From: the human T2T-CHM13v2.0 reference genome, Homo sapiens
DNA length: 64,000 nucleotides
Reading direction: 5' to 3' (one strand)
NCBI RefSeq assembly: GCF_009914755.1
Contig: NC_060931.1
Shown here: in pieces, positions 1-18,635 of the stretch
Position numbering within the stretch: the first letter of the stretch is position 1
How the letters are laid out: each line of letters starts with the position of its first letter
The notes under the pieces: model-generated
Seen by the model: the letters and a program-made list of their open reading frames with translations, nothing else
Databases searched by the model: none
What the model was told of the DNA's origin: nothing
Program-made: the position numbers and the translations under genes

Positions 1-76
1 CATCACAGGGAAAGGCCTCAGTTCAAAAATATTTCCCTCTCAAGGCAGTGGTTCTGGGGCCTTGCTTAAATAGTAT

Positions 77-631
77 TGTTACAGGAGAAGGGTCCTGATC
101 CAGACCCCAAGAGAGGGTTCTTGGGTCTTGGGCAAGAAAAAATTCAGGGTGAGTCCACAGTACAAAGCAAAAGCAAGTTTATTAAGAAAGTAGAGGAATA
201 AAAGAATGGCTACTCCATAGACAGAGCAGCCACAGGGGCTGCTGGTTACCCATTTTTATGGTTATTTCTTGATGATATGCTAAACAAGGAGTAGATTATT
301 CATGCCTCGCCTTTTTAGACCATATAGGGGAACTTCCTGTCATTGCCATGGCATTTGTAAACTGTCATGGTACTGGTGGGAGTGTAGCAGTGAGGACGAC
401 CAGAAGTCACTCTTCATGGCCATCTTGGTTTTGGTGGATTTTAGCCAGCTTCTTTACTGCAAACTGTTTTATCAGCAAGGACTTTATGACCTGTATCTTG
501 TGCTGACCTCCTGTTTCATCCTGTGACTTAGAATGCCTTAACCATCTGGAAATGCAGCCCAGTAGGTCTCAGCCTCATTTTACTCCACCCTTATTCAAGA
601 TGGATTTGCTCTGGTTCAAATGCCTCTGACA
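77..631 (-). mobile_element. 3' LTR (MER41A-like)
   Basis: Reverse complement starts TGTCAGAGGCATTTGAACCAGAGC and ends CCTGTAACA, matching the recalled MER41 consensus; the length fits MER41A. Confidence 0.85.
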
Positions 632-651
632 TTTCCCCCCTCCCTTTTAAA
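632..651 (-). other. Polypurine tract of provirus
   Basis: Minus strand ...AAAAGGGAGGGGGGAAA directly precedes the TG of the 3' LTR. Confidence 0.8.
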
Positions 652-3600
652 AGACAACCCTAACTTCAAGGTTTGCAGAGGGATGAAGATCTATCTTCTG
701 TAACTACTTCAGGCAGAATAGGGGTGATGATGTTCCTGCCTAACTATTAGAGTCTCTTGTATTTGGGGTATAAAACAGCTCAGTCAGAAAGCATTGGTAC
801 GGTGAGGGACATTCATAACTTTTGAGTTCCAACAAAAGATGGTATCTGGAAGATTAATAAGTGTTCAATTTAAGAAAACATTGAGTAACCTCATCCTCTT
901 TCCTACACAAAGAGTACAACAGCAATATATTACACAATAGTAAGGCAAAATACGTAAAATTATCCCAAGTAAGCTAAATTAGAAGGCTTTCCATGAACTG
1001 GGCAGCTGTTGGAAACAAGCTGATATGGGGTTGCTAGATGATTTCAATATGTGCCCAGAATATTGATCCAGATTTTTACATTACCCATGCCTCTTGTTTC
1101 TTCTGAGCAGCAGTCAGAGATCACTAGTTGGTTCACAGGGATAAGCAGGATTAGTCTTAATTACAGGAAATAAACTCATAAACAACTGATGAGACTAGAA
1201 TTTAATAACAAGTGTACCATAGTTCTTGAAACATAATTTTTCTCTCTCCAGTTTCCCATTTTTATTAAGACAAATCATGGTAAGACTGATTTGTTTCATT
1301 TTACTTGGCCTGATTATTTGTATAAAGTGCAGCAAGAATAATTATTTTTCACATAAGCTCTCTTTAAATTGGCATTGATGTAACTCTGTTCCATAGAAGG
1401 AATCTTAGACAAGACTTTTTTAGAGCTGAGCCCTGCCATGGGTTTGTACCCTCAAATACCTATAAGTTGAATAAATTCCTCTCCTCTTGAGGTTCCAAGA
1501 TAACTTAGCTCTCCTAGGCCTGATAGAAAGTGACATTCTTTACTTATGACATGTCAGGAACCCTTTGCAGGGACTGTGTAGACAAGGTACAAGGCCAGTT
1601 TTCCCAAGGGGCTTTTATTGGCTCTATAAGTCAAGTTTAATTCCTTTAAGGAAAACACACCATTCCACTCAAAGCCTTGGTAAAATAACCAGTTTTTCCA
1701 ATTATGTCCTGTTACAAAAGAAAACAGATTCTTATTGCACTTATGCAAATAACTATATTGCCATAAATTAAGAATACTCACAAGTAGTTTCCAAATTCTG
1801 GAGAAACTAGGTAAACAAATATGCTCCAAATTGTGTTCATAGGAGTATACTTTACCTAATTGTTAAAAGCTGTAAATAGCTTAAAAGAATTGTTTTCTTG
1901 TCTTTGAAAAACAAAACAAAGAATCAGCAACATTTTAACCTAAAAGTTAAAAAGATCACTTTAGACTTCTACTAGTTTACTCCATGCAGTTAACTTCTCT
2001 CCTGTTTGATATTCATGAACATTTCAGTTCTCCATGAGAGTTCTGAAAGTTGTTTCGTCTATTCTAATGTCACAATTTCCAAAGTTATCAGAAAACTGCA
2101 TTTAAGAACACCTGTTGGAGTTCTACAGCTGACTATAAACCACCTTTTGAAGAGGATTGAAACAAGAAAACAATTGTTTTTGCATGACAAAAGGTTTTAG
2201 GACAGCCACAGCCAAAAACATGATTGACAAATTTGGTTACCTCTGTGGCATACAGTGATTTTATGTAACAATTATAATTATTAATAACCTACAATAAGTT
2301 TTATTATATTTGTCAGTGCTTCTTGTATGACTTTACTATACCAAATAAGGCAAATTTTACCTTTGTGTTAGTGTACTATTACCATTAAACCCAATTCTTA
2401 ATAAAACCTTATAAATAAATCTATCCAATCTTAAACCATTTGACCATAAGATAAGATTTTCATAAATCTTGTATAACCCTTTACAATTTTTTATTAAAGA
2501 GCAGATTATAAGCAGGTTTTTGCTTTAAGAAAAACCTGTTGTCCTTTTATTCCAATGTTCAATTTACAGAAAAACTGAGTAATACCCCTTTAACTTCAGC
2601 CAATATGTTCACACACAGAATCTCTTTCACAATTAATTTTTCACAAACCTTCCACAACTTGCTGAAATCTTCAGCTTTACCTTATCTAACTTAAAACAAT
2701 CCTTTAACACTTTAGGCATAAAAAAATCCACATTCCTATGACTTCTTATAATCTTTTACCAAAAACACATTTCACTTTCTTTACACACCTTGCATGTAAA
2801 ACTGTTTTTTAATAGTCTCAAATACATGTTACACTATTAACTCTTAGCAACTCTTACTTCTGGTGAAAAGCCTTGTTAGTAAGCCATTTTAATTATGTAC
2901 TAGTGTGGAGCCTAGGACCCACAGAAGTGCAGATAAGTCCTGACTCTTTCCAACATCTAACTTCACGTGTCCCAAGCCTTACCTAGCTGTAAAGCAGGCA
3001 AGTTGTACGGTTAAGCATCATAGTGGTATTCTATGAAGCATTTAGGAGGCCTAATCACCTTTAAATTATACATTTCTTGCATAAATTCCCTGCTATGGGA
3101 ATTGCGTGACCTACACAGACTATCTACGACATACTTTGACTTTGTGACTAGTCCTAAACATCCCTTTTTTTAAACAACCAATTATTTTACTTTAGGACAA
3201 GAATTTACCATATAAGATCCTTTCTTACATAAAGTCTCTTTTCTTTATAAACTTCTTTGCATAGCTATGGGGTATGGCTAATTCCACATGTCCCCAGGCC
3301 TTATCTAGAATCTAATGCTTCAAAGTAGGTAAACTGAACAATTTTTAAAAGTCAAAGAAGCAGTTTATGACCTTAAAGCATTTAGTAAACTTAATATCTG
3401 ACCTGCATAATTTAGAAGAAATGTTTACATTTTGGAAGATATTTTGATTTTACCGATAATTTTAAAAACTGTCTCTATTTCCCAAAGATTACTAAAGTCA
3501 CATAATGTAAAAGGCATTACACTTTTTACTTTTCTGACAACGTATTTGATTTAAGCACTTATTTTTAAGCCAATTAATCAAAGCTCTTTCATATATAACC

Positions 3601-4493
3601 ACACACACAACACACATAAATACACTGACAGACAGAAGATAAAGGACTCATTCTCTAAGCCAGGAATTGGACCCTGAACCCAGGCCACCATTGTGAAAAG
3701 AGAAAGCACAGCCACATAGTTACAAGGTCAAGCTCCCAAGGACATACTTGGAAACCTCATCCAGTTTTTTTCAGGGACCTGCAGCAAAGTTTGTAACTGA
3801 CCAGTTTGTTGGGCCATCTTGAAAAGCCCATGCTGTATCCTAAGGTACCCCTCTTTATGACAGAACAATACAGAAAAATGCACAAAGCACACCAGATTTG
3901 CTACAGCTTAACACTAGCCTCTCAAATCCTTTTTCCATTAATCAGAACTTTACAGAGGAGATAAAAAGTTATTTTTACCATTAATTCAACTGGTTAGCAT
4001 AGAGAGAGACAGAGAGAAAGCATTTCCTGAGGCAGGGTGGGGAAGGCGAAGAGCTCAGCGAGACCAGAGAAAGATCCCCCTGTTGCTCTAACATTCAGGC
4101 AGCCACTTGTTGGTCATGAAGGGATCTTTTCCAGCAGTTTCATCAGCTCTTAGGTTTTCCCTTTTAGGGAAGAAGACACTCCCCATGTCCCATGATCCCG
4201 TACATGCCTGATCCTGTCACCCACAGCCGTCAGCAAAGAGTACAAGACAGATTAATCCAAAGAGAATAGCAGTTAGCATCCCATAGTGCCAAACCCATCC
4301 TTAGCCAGAAGGGACTTTACCGAGAGGGGCCTCTAACCCACTCTGTCTTAGGAGAGACTCTAACTCCTGTAAGTTGAGCCTCTAACCCAATCCCATTCTT
4401 TACCCAGGTATATGCACCCCACTTACCCAAAGTCAGCCAAAATTGGTGCAAGCAGATGATTTTCAGTTGAGATTAGGGGGTCTCTTCAGTATC

Positions 4494-4511
4494 ATCCCTT
4501 TGTGGTTGCCA
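4494..4511 (-). other. Retroviral primer-binding site, probably tRNA-Arg
   Basis: Minus strand TGGCAACCACAAAGGGAT, 6 nt inside the 5' LTR; complementary to a recalled tRNA-Arg(TCG) 3' end with one CpG-decay mismatch. Confidence 0.7.
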
Positions 4512-4517
4512 GAAAGA

Positions 4518-5071
4518 TGTTACAGGAAAGCGGTCCTGATCCAGACCCCAAGAGAAGGTTCTTGGATCTTGGGCAAGAAAAAATTCAGGGAGAGTCCACA
4601 GTGCAAAGCAAAAGCAAGTTTGTTAAGAAAGTAGAGGAATAAAAGAATGGCTACTCCATAGACAGAGCAGCCACAAGGGCTGCTGGTTACCCATTTTTAT
4701 GGTTATTTCTTGATGATATGCTAAACAAGGAGTGGATTATTCATGCCTCCCCTTTTTAGACCATATAGGGGAACTTCCTGTCATTGCCATGGCATTTGTA
4801 AACTGTCTTGGCACTGGTGAGAGTGTAGCAGTGAGAATGACCAAAGGTCACTCTTCATGGCCATCTTGGTTTTGGTAGGTTTTAGTCGGCTTCTTTACTG
4901 CAACCTGTTTTATCAACAAGGTCTTTATGACCTGTATCTTGTGCAGATCTCATATTTCATCTTGTGATTTAGAATGCCTTAATCGTCTGGGAATGCAGCC
5001 CAGTAGGTCTCAGCCTCATTTTACGCAGCCCTTATTCAAGATGGAGTTGCTCTGGTTCAATGCCTCTGGCA
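4518..5071 (-). mobile_element. 5' LTR (MER41A-like)
   Basis: About 93% identical to 77-631 by manual alignment (about 40 differences). Confidence 0.85.
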
Positions 5072-5369
5072 GTATTTTCACAAAGACCCATAAATCTTAT
5101 ATACTGACAAGACAAAGAAGGCTTCCAAAAGGCAGGAAAATGTGGAAAGTAAATTTATAAGCAGAGTAAAGTCTGCTCCAGATCTTCTAGTAGCACTGTT
5201 TCTGAGCTCTGTTTCTCAGTTGATAAGCAAGCATTATACAGGGGCCTATCTTTAGGTGGGAAAGGCAGAGAGCAGGGGCAGAGTGTACCCCTGTGTTTAA
5301 ACCTTTTAAAAGACTTTAACTAAAATCCCCAGTACTTTATAGAGGAATATTTTTGTTTCCTTCAGCTGT

Positions 5370-5512
5370 ATATGAAACATAAATGAATTTCATATTTAGA
5401 CTTGGGTCCCATCCCCAATATATCTCTTTATATATATGCAAATATTCCAAAATCCAAAACAAATCCAAAATCTGAAACACCTTTGTTCTTAAGCATTTTG
5501 GATAAGGGATAT
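5370..5512. mobile_element. Tigger4/MER46-like DNA transposon fragment
   Basis: aatattccaaaatcc...aagcattttggataagggata resembles the recalled Tigger4 terminus. Confidence 0.5.
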
Positions 5513-5574
5513 GTGACTTTGTCTGATTTCCAGAGTTAACTACATTACATTATTTTAAATGTCCAGTTTTGAAT

Positions 5575-5730
5575 TACTAGGTGTGGGGTTTCTTTTTGGG
5601 TTGATGAAAGTGTTCTGGAATTAGTGGTGATGCCTCCAGAACCTTCTGAATATACTAAAATCCATTGAATTATATGTACACTTTAAAAGGGTAAATATTA
5701 TGTATGAGACATATTTCAATTAAAAAAATT
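5575..5730 (+). mobile_element. Old L1M 3'-end fragment
   Basis: gatgaaagtgttctggaattagtggtgatg...gtacactttaaaagggtaaat followed by an A-rich end. Confidence 0.6.
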
Positions 5731-5945
5731 TAAAGAAAAAAAGTCCAATTTTTAACAAAAAAACTTATGAGATGCACACAGAAACCAGAAAGTATGGGCC
5801 ATCCACAGGAAAAGACAAGTCAATAGAAATTGAGGAAGTCCAGATACTGGACTTATTATACAGATAGTTTTAATCAGCCAATATGAATATTTTCAAAGAA
5901 AGGAACTCATGTCTAAAGAGTTAAAGGACAGCATAAGAATAATAT

Positions 5946-9670
<3,725 letters not shown>

Positions 9671-9846
9671 TTTAATAAAAGGAAGAACTTTACATAGGAA
9701 GAGTAGCCCACAATGGAATAAGTCACATTTTAAAGTGGTGTGCTGCTTTTCACTTAAAGACTTCAGTCAAAGATAGAGGGCCATTTATCACAATGTTGAA
9801 TGTGATTTTCTTCTCTACTGGGTAGAGGATTTTTTAGAAGACCTTT

Positions 9847-10389
9847 TGTATTAGTCAGCGTTCTTTAAAGGGACAGAACTAATGGGATATAGGTGTATAT
9901 ATGAAGGGGAGTTTATTAAGGAGTATTGACTCATATGATCACAAGGTGTAAGTCCCACAATAGGCCATCTGCAAGCTGAGGAGCAGGGAAGCCAGTCCAT
10001 TCCAAAACCTCAGAAGTCAGGAAGCTGACAGTGCAGCCTTCAGTCTGTGGCCAAAGGCCCAAGAGCCCCTGACAAACCACTGGTTAAGTCCAAGAGTCCA
10101 AAAGCTGAAGAATTTAGAGTCTGATGTTCAAGGGCAGGAAGCATTCAGCAGGGGAGAAAGATGTAGGCTGGAAGACTCAGCAAATCAAGTGCTCCCACGT
10201 TCTTCTGCCTGCTTTATTCTAGCCTCGCTGGCAGCTGATCAGATGGTGCCCACCCAGATTGAGGGTGGGTCTGCCTCTCCCATTCACTGACTCAAATGTT
10301 AATCTCCTTTTGTAACACCCTCACAGACACAACCAGGAACAATACTTTGCATTCTTCAATCAAGTTGACACTCAATATTAACCATCACA
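9847..10389 (-). mobile_element. MLT2A2-like ERVL solo LTR
   Basis: tgtattagtcag...gggacagaactaat...caagttgacactcaatattaaccatcaca, about 543 bp. Confidence 0.8.
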
Positions 10390-12649
10390 ACTCTGTTTTC
10401 AAGTTGACTTATAACTTGACATCTGCCACCACCACCATTTTTTTACAGAAAAAAATATGAAGTAGTATGGAATTATGATATATACACATTAAAAAGATAC
10501 AAATTTTAAAAAATAGAGATCAGAAACCACATGGAAGACTTAGGAGAGTAGCAACAATTAAAATTAAAAATTTGAGCTCATGGAAGTTCAAAGAAGAAAA
10601 TCCAACTCCCAATGATTGGAGATGTTGATTTAGTACATCTGGAGTGGAACCGGGTAATATATTCTTTTTTTAAGCCTCTTATCTAATTCTGGTTAGAGAT
10701 CAACTGTCTCAGACTGTCTCTCCCAGCTCTTGGTCATCTCCTCCATGATTTTGTCAGGGGCTAAACATTACCCAATTTAAGGTAAGCTAAAGAGTATTCC
10801 TGTTACAGATAGAAAAAAAAAAAAGTTCATGGGTAGCAGTTCCCAGAAGGTGGGTATGAAAAGCCTAGCTCTCTCCCTAATGGAGAAAAGCAAATCTCAC
10901 CATCCATTATTCACAGAGACTTTTTGTAGTTCCCTGAAGCAAGGCTGTTTTACCCTGCCCAACTTGGGAAGCATTCTCCTTGGTTCACGCTAATGGAAAA
11001 TGGAGGAGAAAATGGTTTATAGACTATTCTTGCTGAGACAACCGTCTGGGTGACCCAAAACAAAAATCAACTAATCAATCCCAAGGCTTCCTACACATTG
11101 ACTGGAAATCTACCCCCACAACTTGATGTGGGAGGGAAACACCCAAGTTCCCAGAAAATCCCATTTATCCATAAGACCCTTCTCCTCATTATTTCAGCCT
11201 CCCTAGGGATAGACACTAAGGTGTTACAGCTCTGGTCCATTGCATGAAGAGTTATCCAGGGCCTGGAAGATGTTCATGGTGGCATCAACTGACCACCTCA
11301 GTCATAAATGGTCCTGGAAATCCGACTTGGATCAGTACTGCCTTCTGATCAAAACTTAGATGATCAGTGATATCCAAGGTCCCTAATAACTACTGGATTC
11401 TCAGATTCCAGTGTGTGAGCATGAGACAATGAAGGCAAATGGGTAGGACCTGGCACACACACATCCCAAGCACTGTCACGAAAGGAGGATTCACACATAT
11501 CAACATAAAGTCTGAGACCAAAGCAAAGAAATAGCACCTGATGTTCTTTTCAACCAAGATCCCTGCTTAATTCCAAACATATTCTTCAGGCTGGATGTCG
11601 GGCAGCTGAAGGGTGATCAGTCTTCTGCTGGAATTAAAGCCTGCTGTGATGTTAATGAAGAACCGCCAGTGGGTTTGCTGGAAGGTAATTTAGATCTACA
11701 TAATTATGACTTAATCCCTCACCCGGTGACATCAGAAAGGTCCTTACCCAAGTGCAAGCTGCGTGATATCATGCCACAGAGAGTACAGCTGTGTTTCTCC
11801 TGTTCCTTTTTGTGAGTAGTGCTCACATCAGTCATGATAGCTTTATTAAATGGTGTAACCCAACCCAATTCTTGCACACACAGTGCTATTTCCTAATCAA
11901 AACTGCAAAATGTGGCTGAGCAGGCTGTGAAAAGAAAGCTAGGTCTGCATCTTAAATAGCAGATTAACTGCTCTGCATGGGAAAGTTGCTGGGGTGGAGG
12001 GGTGGGGACAGCTGAGAACATCAGTACTTCAGGGGTAGCAGTTGGAGGTACTGCCTCTCTAGCAGTTGGAAGTGAAGAAATCCTCACAGCTATCTTCAGA
12101 ACTCTACCTCTGGTTCTGGGGACAACTGTCATGGCAGGGACACATCACATTCAGCCAGTTCCCAGGGCCAACAAGAGCTCTCACTGAAGTATTTATGCTT
12201 CTTGTCCTCCATCTTCCAAGAGAGATGAGACATGGGTGTGAGAAAGAGAAAACCTTTAGAAAATAGCTTGGAGCCACGTCCAACACAGTGCCTGACTCAG
12301 ATGCAAAGCCAGTGTTTTGTGCCATCAAGTATGGTAAAGATGTAAGAGTTTCTTAGGCCAGAGGCATTCAAGGAGGGATAGAGTTTATGTCAAGCTTGGG
12401 GTAGGGAGGTGGGGAAAGGGTCAAGGGTGTTTCCAGAAGGAGATGGCATTTGGGCTTGGCCTAAAGGATGGTGTTATGAGTTGAACTGTGTCCTCCGCCA
12501 AAATGCATATTTTAAGTCTTAACCCCCCAGTACCTCAGAATGTGACCTTATTTGGAATTAGGGTTATTGTAGATGTAATTAGTTAAGATGAGGTCATACT
12601 GGAGTAAGGTGAGCCTCTAATCCCATAAATGGTGTCCTTGTAAAAAGGG

Positions 12650-13624
<975 letters not shown>

Positions 13625-13685
13625 GGGGGAAATTTGGAGACAGACACATACACAGGGAGATGCCGTGTGAAGACTTGAGTTCTGC

Positions 13686-13758
13686 TGCAGTGAACCCAGA
13701 TCACACCACTGCACTCCAGCCCGGGTGACAGAGCAAGACTCCATCTCAAAGAAAAAAA
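13686..13758 (+). mobile_element. Alu 3' fragment
   Basis: gcagtgaacccagatcacaccactgcactccagcc...ctcaaagaaaa. Confidence 0.8.
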
Positions 13759-13846
13759 GCGATTAAAAACTTAAACATAAGACTTCAAACTGTAAAACTA
13801 CCAGAAGAAAGCATAGGAAAAAAATGATTCTTAATGTTGGTCTTGA

Positions 13847-14757
13847 TGTAAGCCAAAAATAAAACTCTAAGCTTTCCCCCTGACCCCCAACTGACTGAAT
13901 GGACTACTCTCTCAGCCAAGGACATTCCAAAGTAAACCTGAAAAACTAGTTCAGGCCATGATGGGAAGAGGGGGTCAGACATTATACCCTCCTCCCTTTG
14001 GAATACAAACACAACTGACCAGCATTAACATTAAAACAGTGATCTTAAGACTGACAAAACAGACTCTTGTCAGTAGCAATAAGATACTGAATTCCAACCT
14101 GACTCTAGTATAGCATCACATGACAGATAGCAGGCCCTGAAAGAAATCAAAGTGTTTTACCCCCAAATATATTTCTTTGACATATTTTGAAATGGCGCTG
14201 CAAAACTGTTTCTTGCAGGGAAAATTTACATTCTGTAGAGAATCCCCTTCCATTTCCAGGTCATTTCCTGATCCAGGAGAGAACTAACTAAGAGTTTGGC
14301 ACCATTTTAGGTCTGATAAGAGACATTTACCATCTATTCTCTCTGAAGCCTGCTACCTGGAGGCTTCATCTACATAATAAAAACTATGGTCCCCACAACC
14401 CCTTATCTTAACCCAGACACTCCTTTCTATTTATTGATTCTAGGTCTTTAGATAATTACTTAACTCTTTCAACCAATTGCCAATCAGAAAATCTCTGAAT
14501 CCACTTATGACCTTGAAGCCTGCACTTTGAGTTGTTCCAACTCTTCAGACCGAAGCAATGCGCATCTTACATGTATTGATTGATGTCTGATTGAAGCTTC
14601 TGTCCCCCTAAAATGTATAAAATCAAGCTGTAACCAACCACCTTGGGTACGTGTTCTCAGACCCTCCTGGGGAATGTGTCTTGGGCCTTGGTCACTTATA
14701 TTTGGCTCAGAATAAACCTTTTTAAATATTTTACAGTTTGACTTTTTGTTGATGTCA
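13847..14757 (+). mobile_element. MER4D-like ERV1 solo LTR
   Basis: tgtaagccaaaaataaaactctaag...aacctgaaaaactagttcaggccatgatggg...ggctcagaataaac; about 910 bp. Confidence 0.8.
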
Positions 14758-15100
14758 GTCTTGGCAACAATTTTTTGGATATGACAAAAAGCATAGGCAA
14801 CAAAAGCAAGGATAAACAAGTGGCATTGCATCAAAATGAGAAGCTTCTGCACAACAAAGGAAACAATCAACAGAGTGAATGAGAGAAAATGTTTGCAAAC
14901 CACATATCTAATAAGGTGATAACATCCAAAATATATAAGGAACTCATATAACTCAATAGCAAAGAACACAAATAACCTACTTAAAAAATAAGCAAAGGAC
15001 CTGGGTAGATATTTTTTTCAAAGAGGACATACAAATGGCCATAGGTATATGAAAAGATGCTCAACATCACTAATTATCAAGGGAAACAGGTGTTGGTGAG

Positions 15101-15485
15101 TGATAAGGTTCGGCTCCGTTTCCCCACCAAAATCTCATGTTGAATTGTGATCCACAGTGTTGAAGGTGGAGCCTAGTGAGAAGTGATTTGATCATGGGGG
15201 TGGTTTCTAATGATTTGGCACCATCTCCCTAGTGCTGCCTCATGATAGAGTTCTTGTGAGATCTGGTTGTTTACAAGTGTGTAGTACCTCCCCCTTTGCT
15301 CTCTCTCCTGCCAGCCACGTGCTTGCTTCCCCTTCACCCTCCACCATGATTGTAAGTTTCCTGAGGCCTCCCCAGAAGCAGAAGCCTGTACAACCCACAG
15401 AACCGGGAGCCAATTAAGCCTCTTTTCTTTATAAGTTACCCAGTCTCAGTATGTCTTTATAGCATTGTGAGAATGGATTAATACA
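15101..15485 (+). mobile_element. MSTA/MSTB-like MaLR solo LTR
   Basis: TG...CA ends, aaatctcatgttgaattgt; 5-bp TSD GTGAG (15096-15100, 15486-15490). Confidence 0.85.
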
Positions 15486-15765
15486 GTGAGGATGTGGAGA
15501 AAATTGAACCCTTGTACACTGTTGGTAGGAATGTAAATTGATACAGCCATTATGAAAAACAGTATAGGATTTTCTTAAATTAAAAATAGAGCTCTCCTGT
15601 GATCTGGCAACTCCACTTGTGGGCATATAGCTAAAGGAAATGAAATCAGGATTTTGAAGGGATAGCTACATTCCTATGTTCATTGTAACATTATTCACAA
15701 TAACCAAGATATGAAAACAACTTAAATGCCCATTGGCAGTTGAATGTGTAAAGAAAATGTCAGAT

Positions 15766-15828
15766 ACATATATATATATATGTATATATATGTGTATATA
15801 TATATGTATATATATGTGTATATATATG

Positions 15829-15863
<35 letters not shown>

Positions 15864-15916
15864 GTGTATGTATATAACATTGTGTGTGTGTGTGTGTGTG
15901 CGTGTGCGTGTGTGTG
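15766..15916. repeat. (TA)n/(TG)n compound microsatellite
   Basis: About 150 bp of near-continuous alternating purine-pyrimidine sequence. Confidence 0.95.
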
Positions 15917-16497
15917 TTTTGAGATGGAGTCTTGCTCTGTCACCCAGGCTGGAGTGCAGTGACATGATCTTGGCTCACTGCAACCTCCACCTTCTGGGTT
16001 CAAGCAATTCTCCTGCCTCAGCCTCCTGAGTAGCTGGGACTACAGGTGTGCACCATCACGCCCGGCTAATTGTTGTATTTTTTTTTTTTTTTTTTTTGAG
16101 ATGGAGTCTCACTCTGTTGCCCAGGCTGGAGTGCGTGGTGCTATCTCGGCTCACTGCAAGCTGCGCCTCCTGGGTTCATGCCATTCTCCTGCCTCAGCCT
16201 CCTAAGTAGCTGGGACTATAGGCGCCCATCACCACACCCAGCTAATTTTTCTGTATTTTTTAGTAGAGACGGGGTTTCACCGTGTTAGCCAGGATGGTCT
16301 CGATCTCCTGACCTCGTGATCCGCCCGCCTCGGCCTCCCAAAGTGCTGGGATTACAGACATGATAATTGTGTATTTTATGTACAGATGGGATTATGCCAT
16401 GTTGGCCAGGCTGGCCTCAAACTCCTGACATCAGGTGATCTGCCTGCCTTGGCCTCCCGAAGTGCTGGGATTACAGGAATGAGCCACCATGCCTAAC
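15917..16497 (-). mobile_element. AluS with an AluY (about 16077-16362) inserted in its middle A-rich linker
   Basis: Outer right arm, inner poly-T and AluY-type body, then outer left arm; duplicated taattg(t)tgtatttt at both inner junctions. Confidence 0.88.
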
Positions 16498-17221
16498 GAG
16501 TATAAAATATTGTTGATTGTGATGTTTCATGCACGTAAGTTTTCAATTTTGATGTAATCTTGCTACTTGTCATCTTTGCTTTTGTTTCCTGTACTTTTGT
16601 GTCATATCCAATCATGTGTATTATATATATATATATGCACATACACACACATATATATATATACAACAGATATATATAAAATGAAATATTATTCAGTCTT
16701 AAAAGGGAAAGAAATCCTGTCATTTGCAACAACATGGATGAACCTGGAAGACATTATGCTAAGTGAAATAAGCCAAACACTGAAAGGCAAATAGTGCATG
16801 ATCTCATTTATATGTAGAATCTTAAAAAAGTGAAACTCATAGCAGCAGAGAGTAGATTGGTGGTTCCCAGGGGCCCGAGAGAGGAGGTAATAAGGAGATT
16901 TTGGTAAAGGGTACAAACTTTCAGTTATGCAAAATGACTAAGTTCTGGAGATCTAGTGTAGAGCATAGTGACTATAATGAACAATACAGTATTGTATACT
17001 AAAATTTGCTAATAGAGTAGATCTTAAATGTTCACACACACACACTCACACATGAAAGAAAATGATAACTGTATGAAGCAATGATATGTTAATCAGCTTG
17101 ATTGTAGTGATCATTTTACAATGTGTACTTATATCAAAACATCAGGTTGTATACCTTAAATATATATGATTTTTATTTGTCAATTATACCTCAGTGAAGC
17201 TGAAGAAAAAGAGGGGAAAGA

Positions 17222-18635
<1,414 letters not shown>

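Larger units (their letters stand above)
77..5071 (-). mobile_element. Complete ERV1 provirus: MER41A LTR - internal (MER41-int-like, non-coding) - MER41A LTR
   Basis: Two ~555-bp direct repeats with TG...CA ends; 4-bp TSD GTAT (73-76 and 5072-5075); PBS next to the right LTR and PPT next to the left LTR give minus orientation. Confidence 0.9.
13760..17210 (+). mobile_element. L1MA-type 3' portion, fragmented by LTRs, Alus and a microsatellite
   Basis: L1 ORF2-end and 3'UTR segments at about 13760-13846, 14758-15100, 15486-15765 and 16680-17210 (aacatggatgaacctggaagacattatgctaagtgaaataagcc). Confidence 0.8.

Noticed and set aside
77-5071. MER41 LTRs as interferon-inducible STAT1 enhancers
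   Set aside because: Their length fits MER41A and I see no tandem GAS motifs; the known activity is attributed mainly to MER41B.
9847-10389. MLT2A LTR as a DUX4/zygotic-activation promoter for LRGUK
   Set aside because: It points away from the gene, lies 17 kb upstream, and the DUX4-like positions look degraded (tgatcagatgg; ttcaatcaag).
15666-16029. ORFs rich in Y/I/H/T/C/V
   Set aside because: Microsatellite plus Alu translations.
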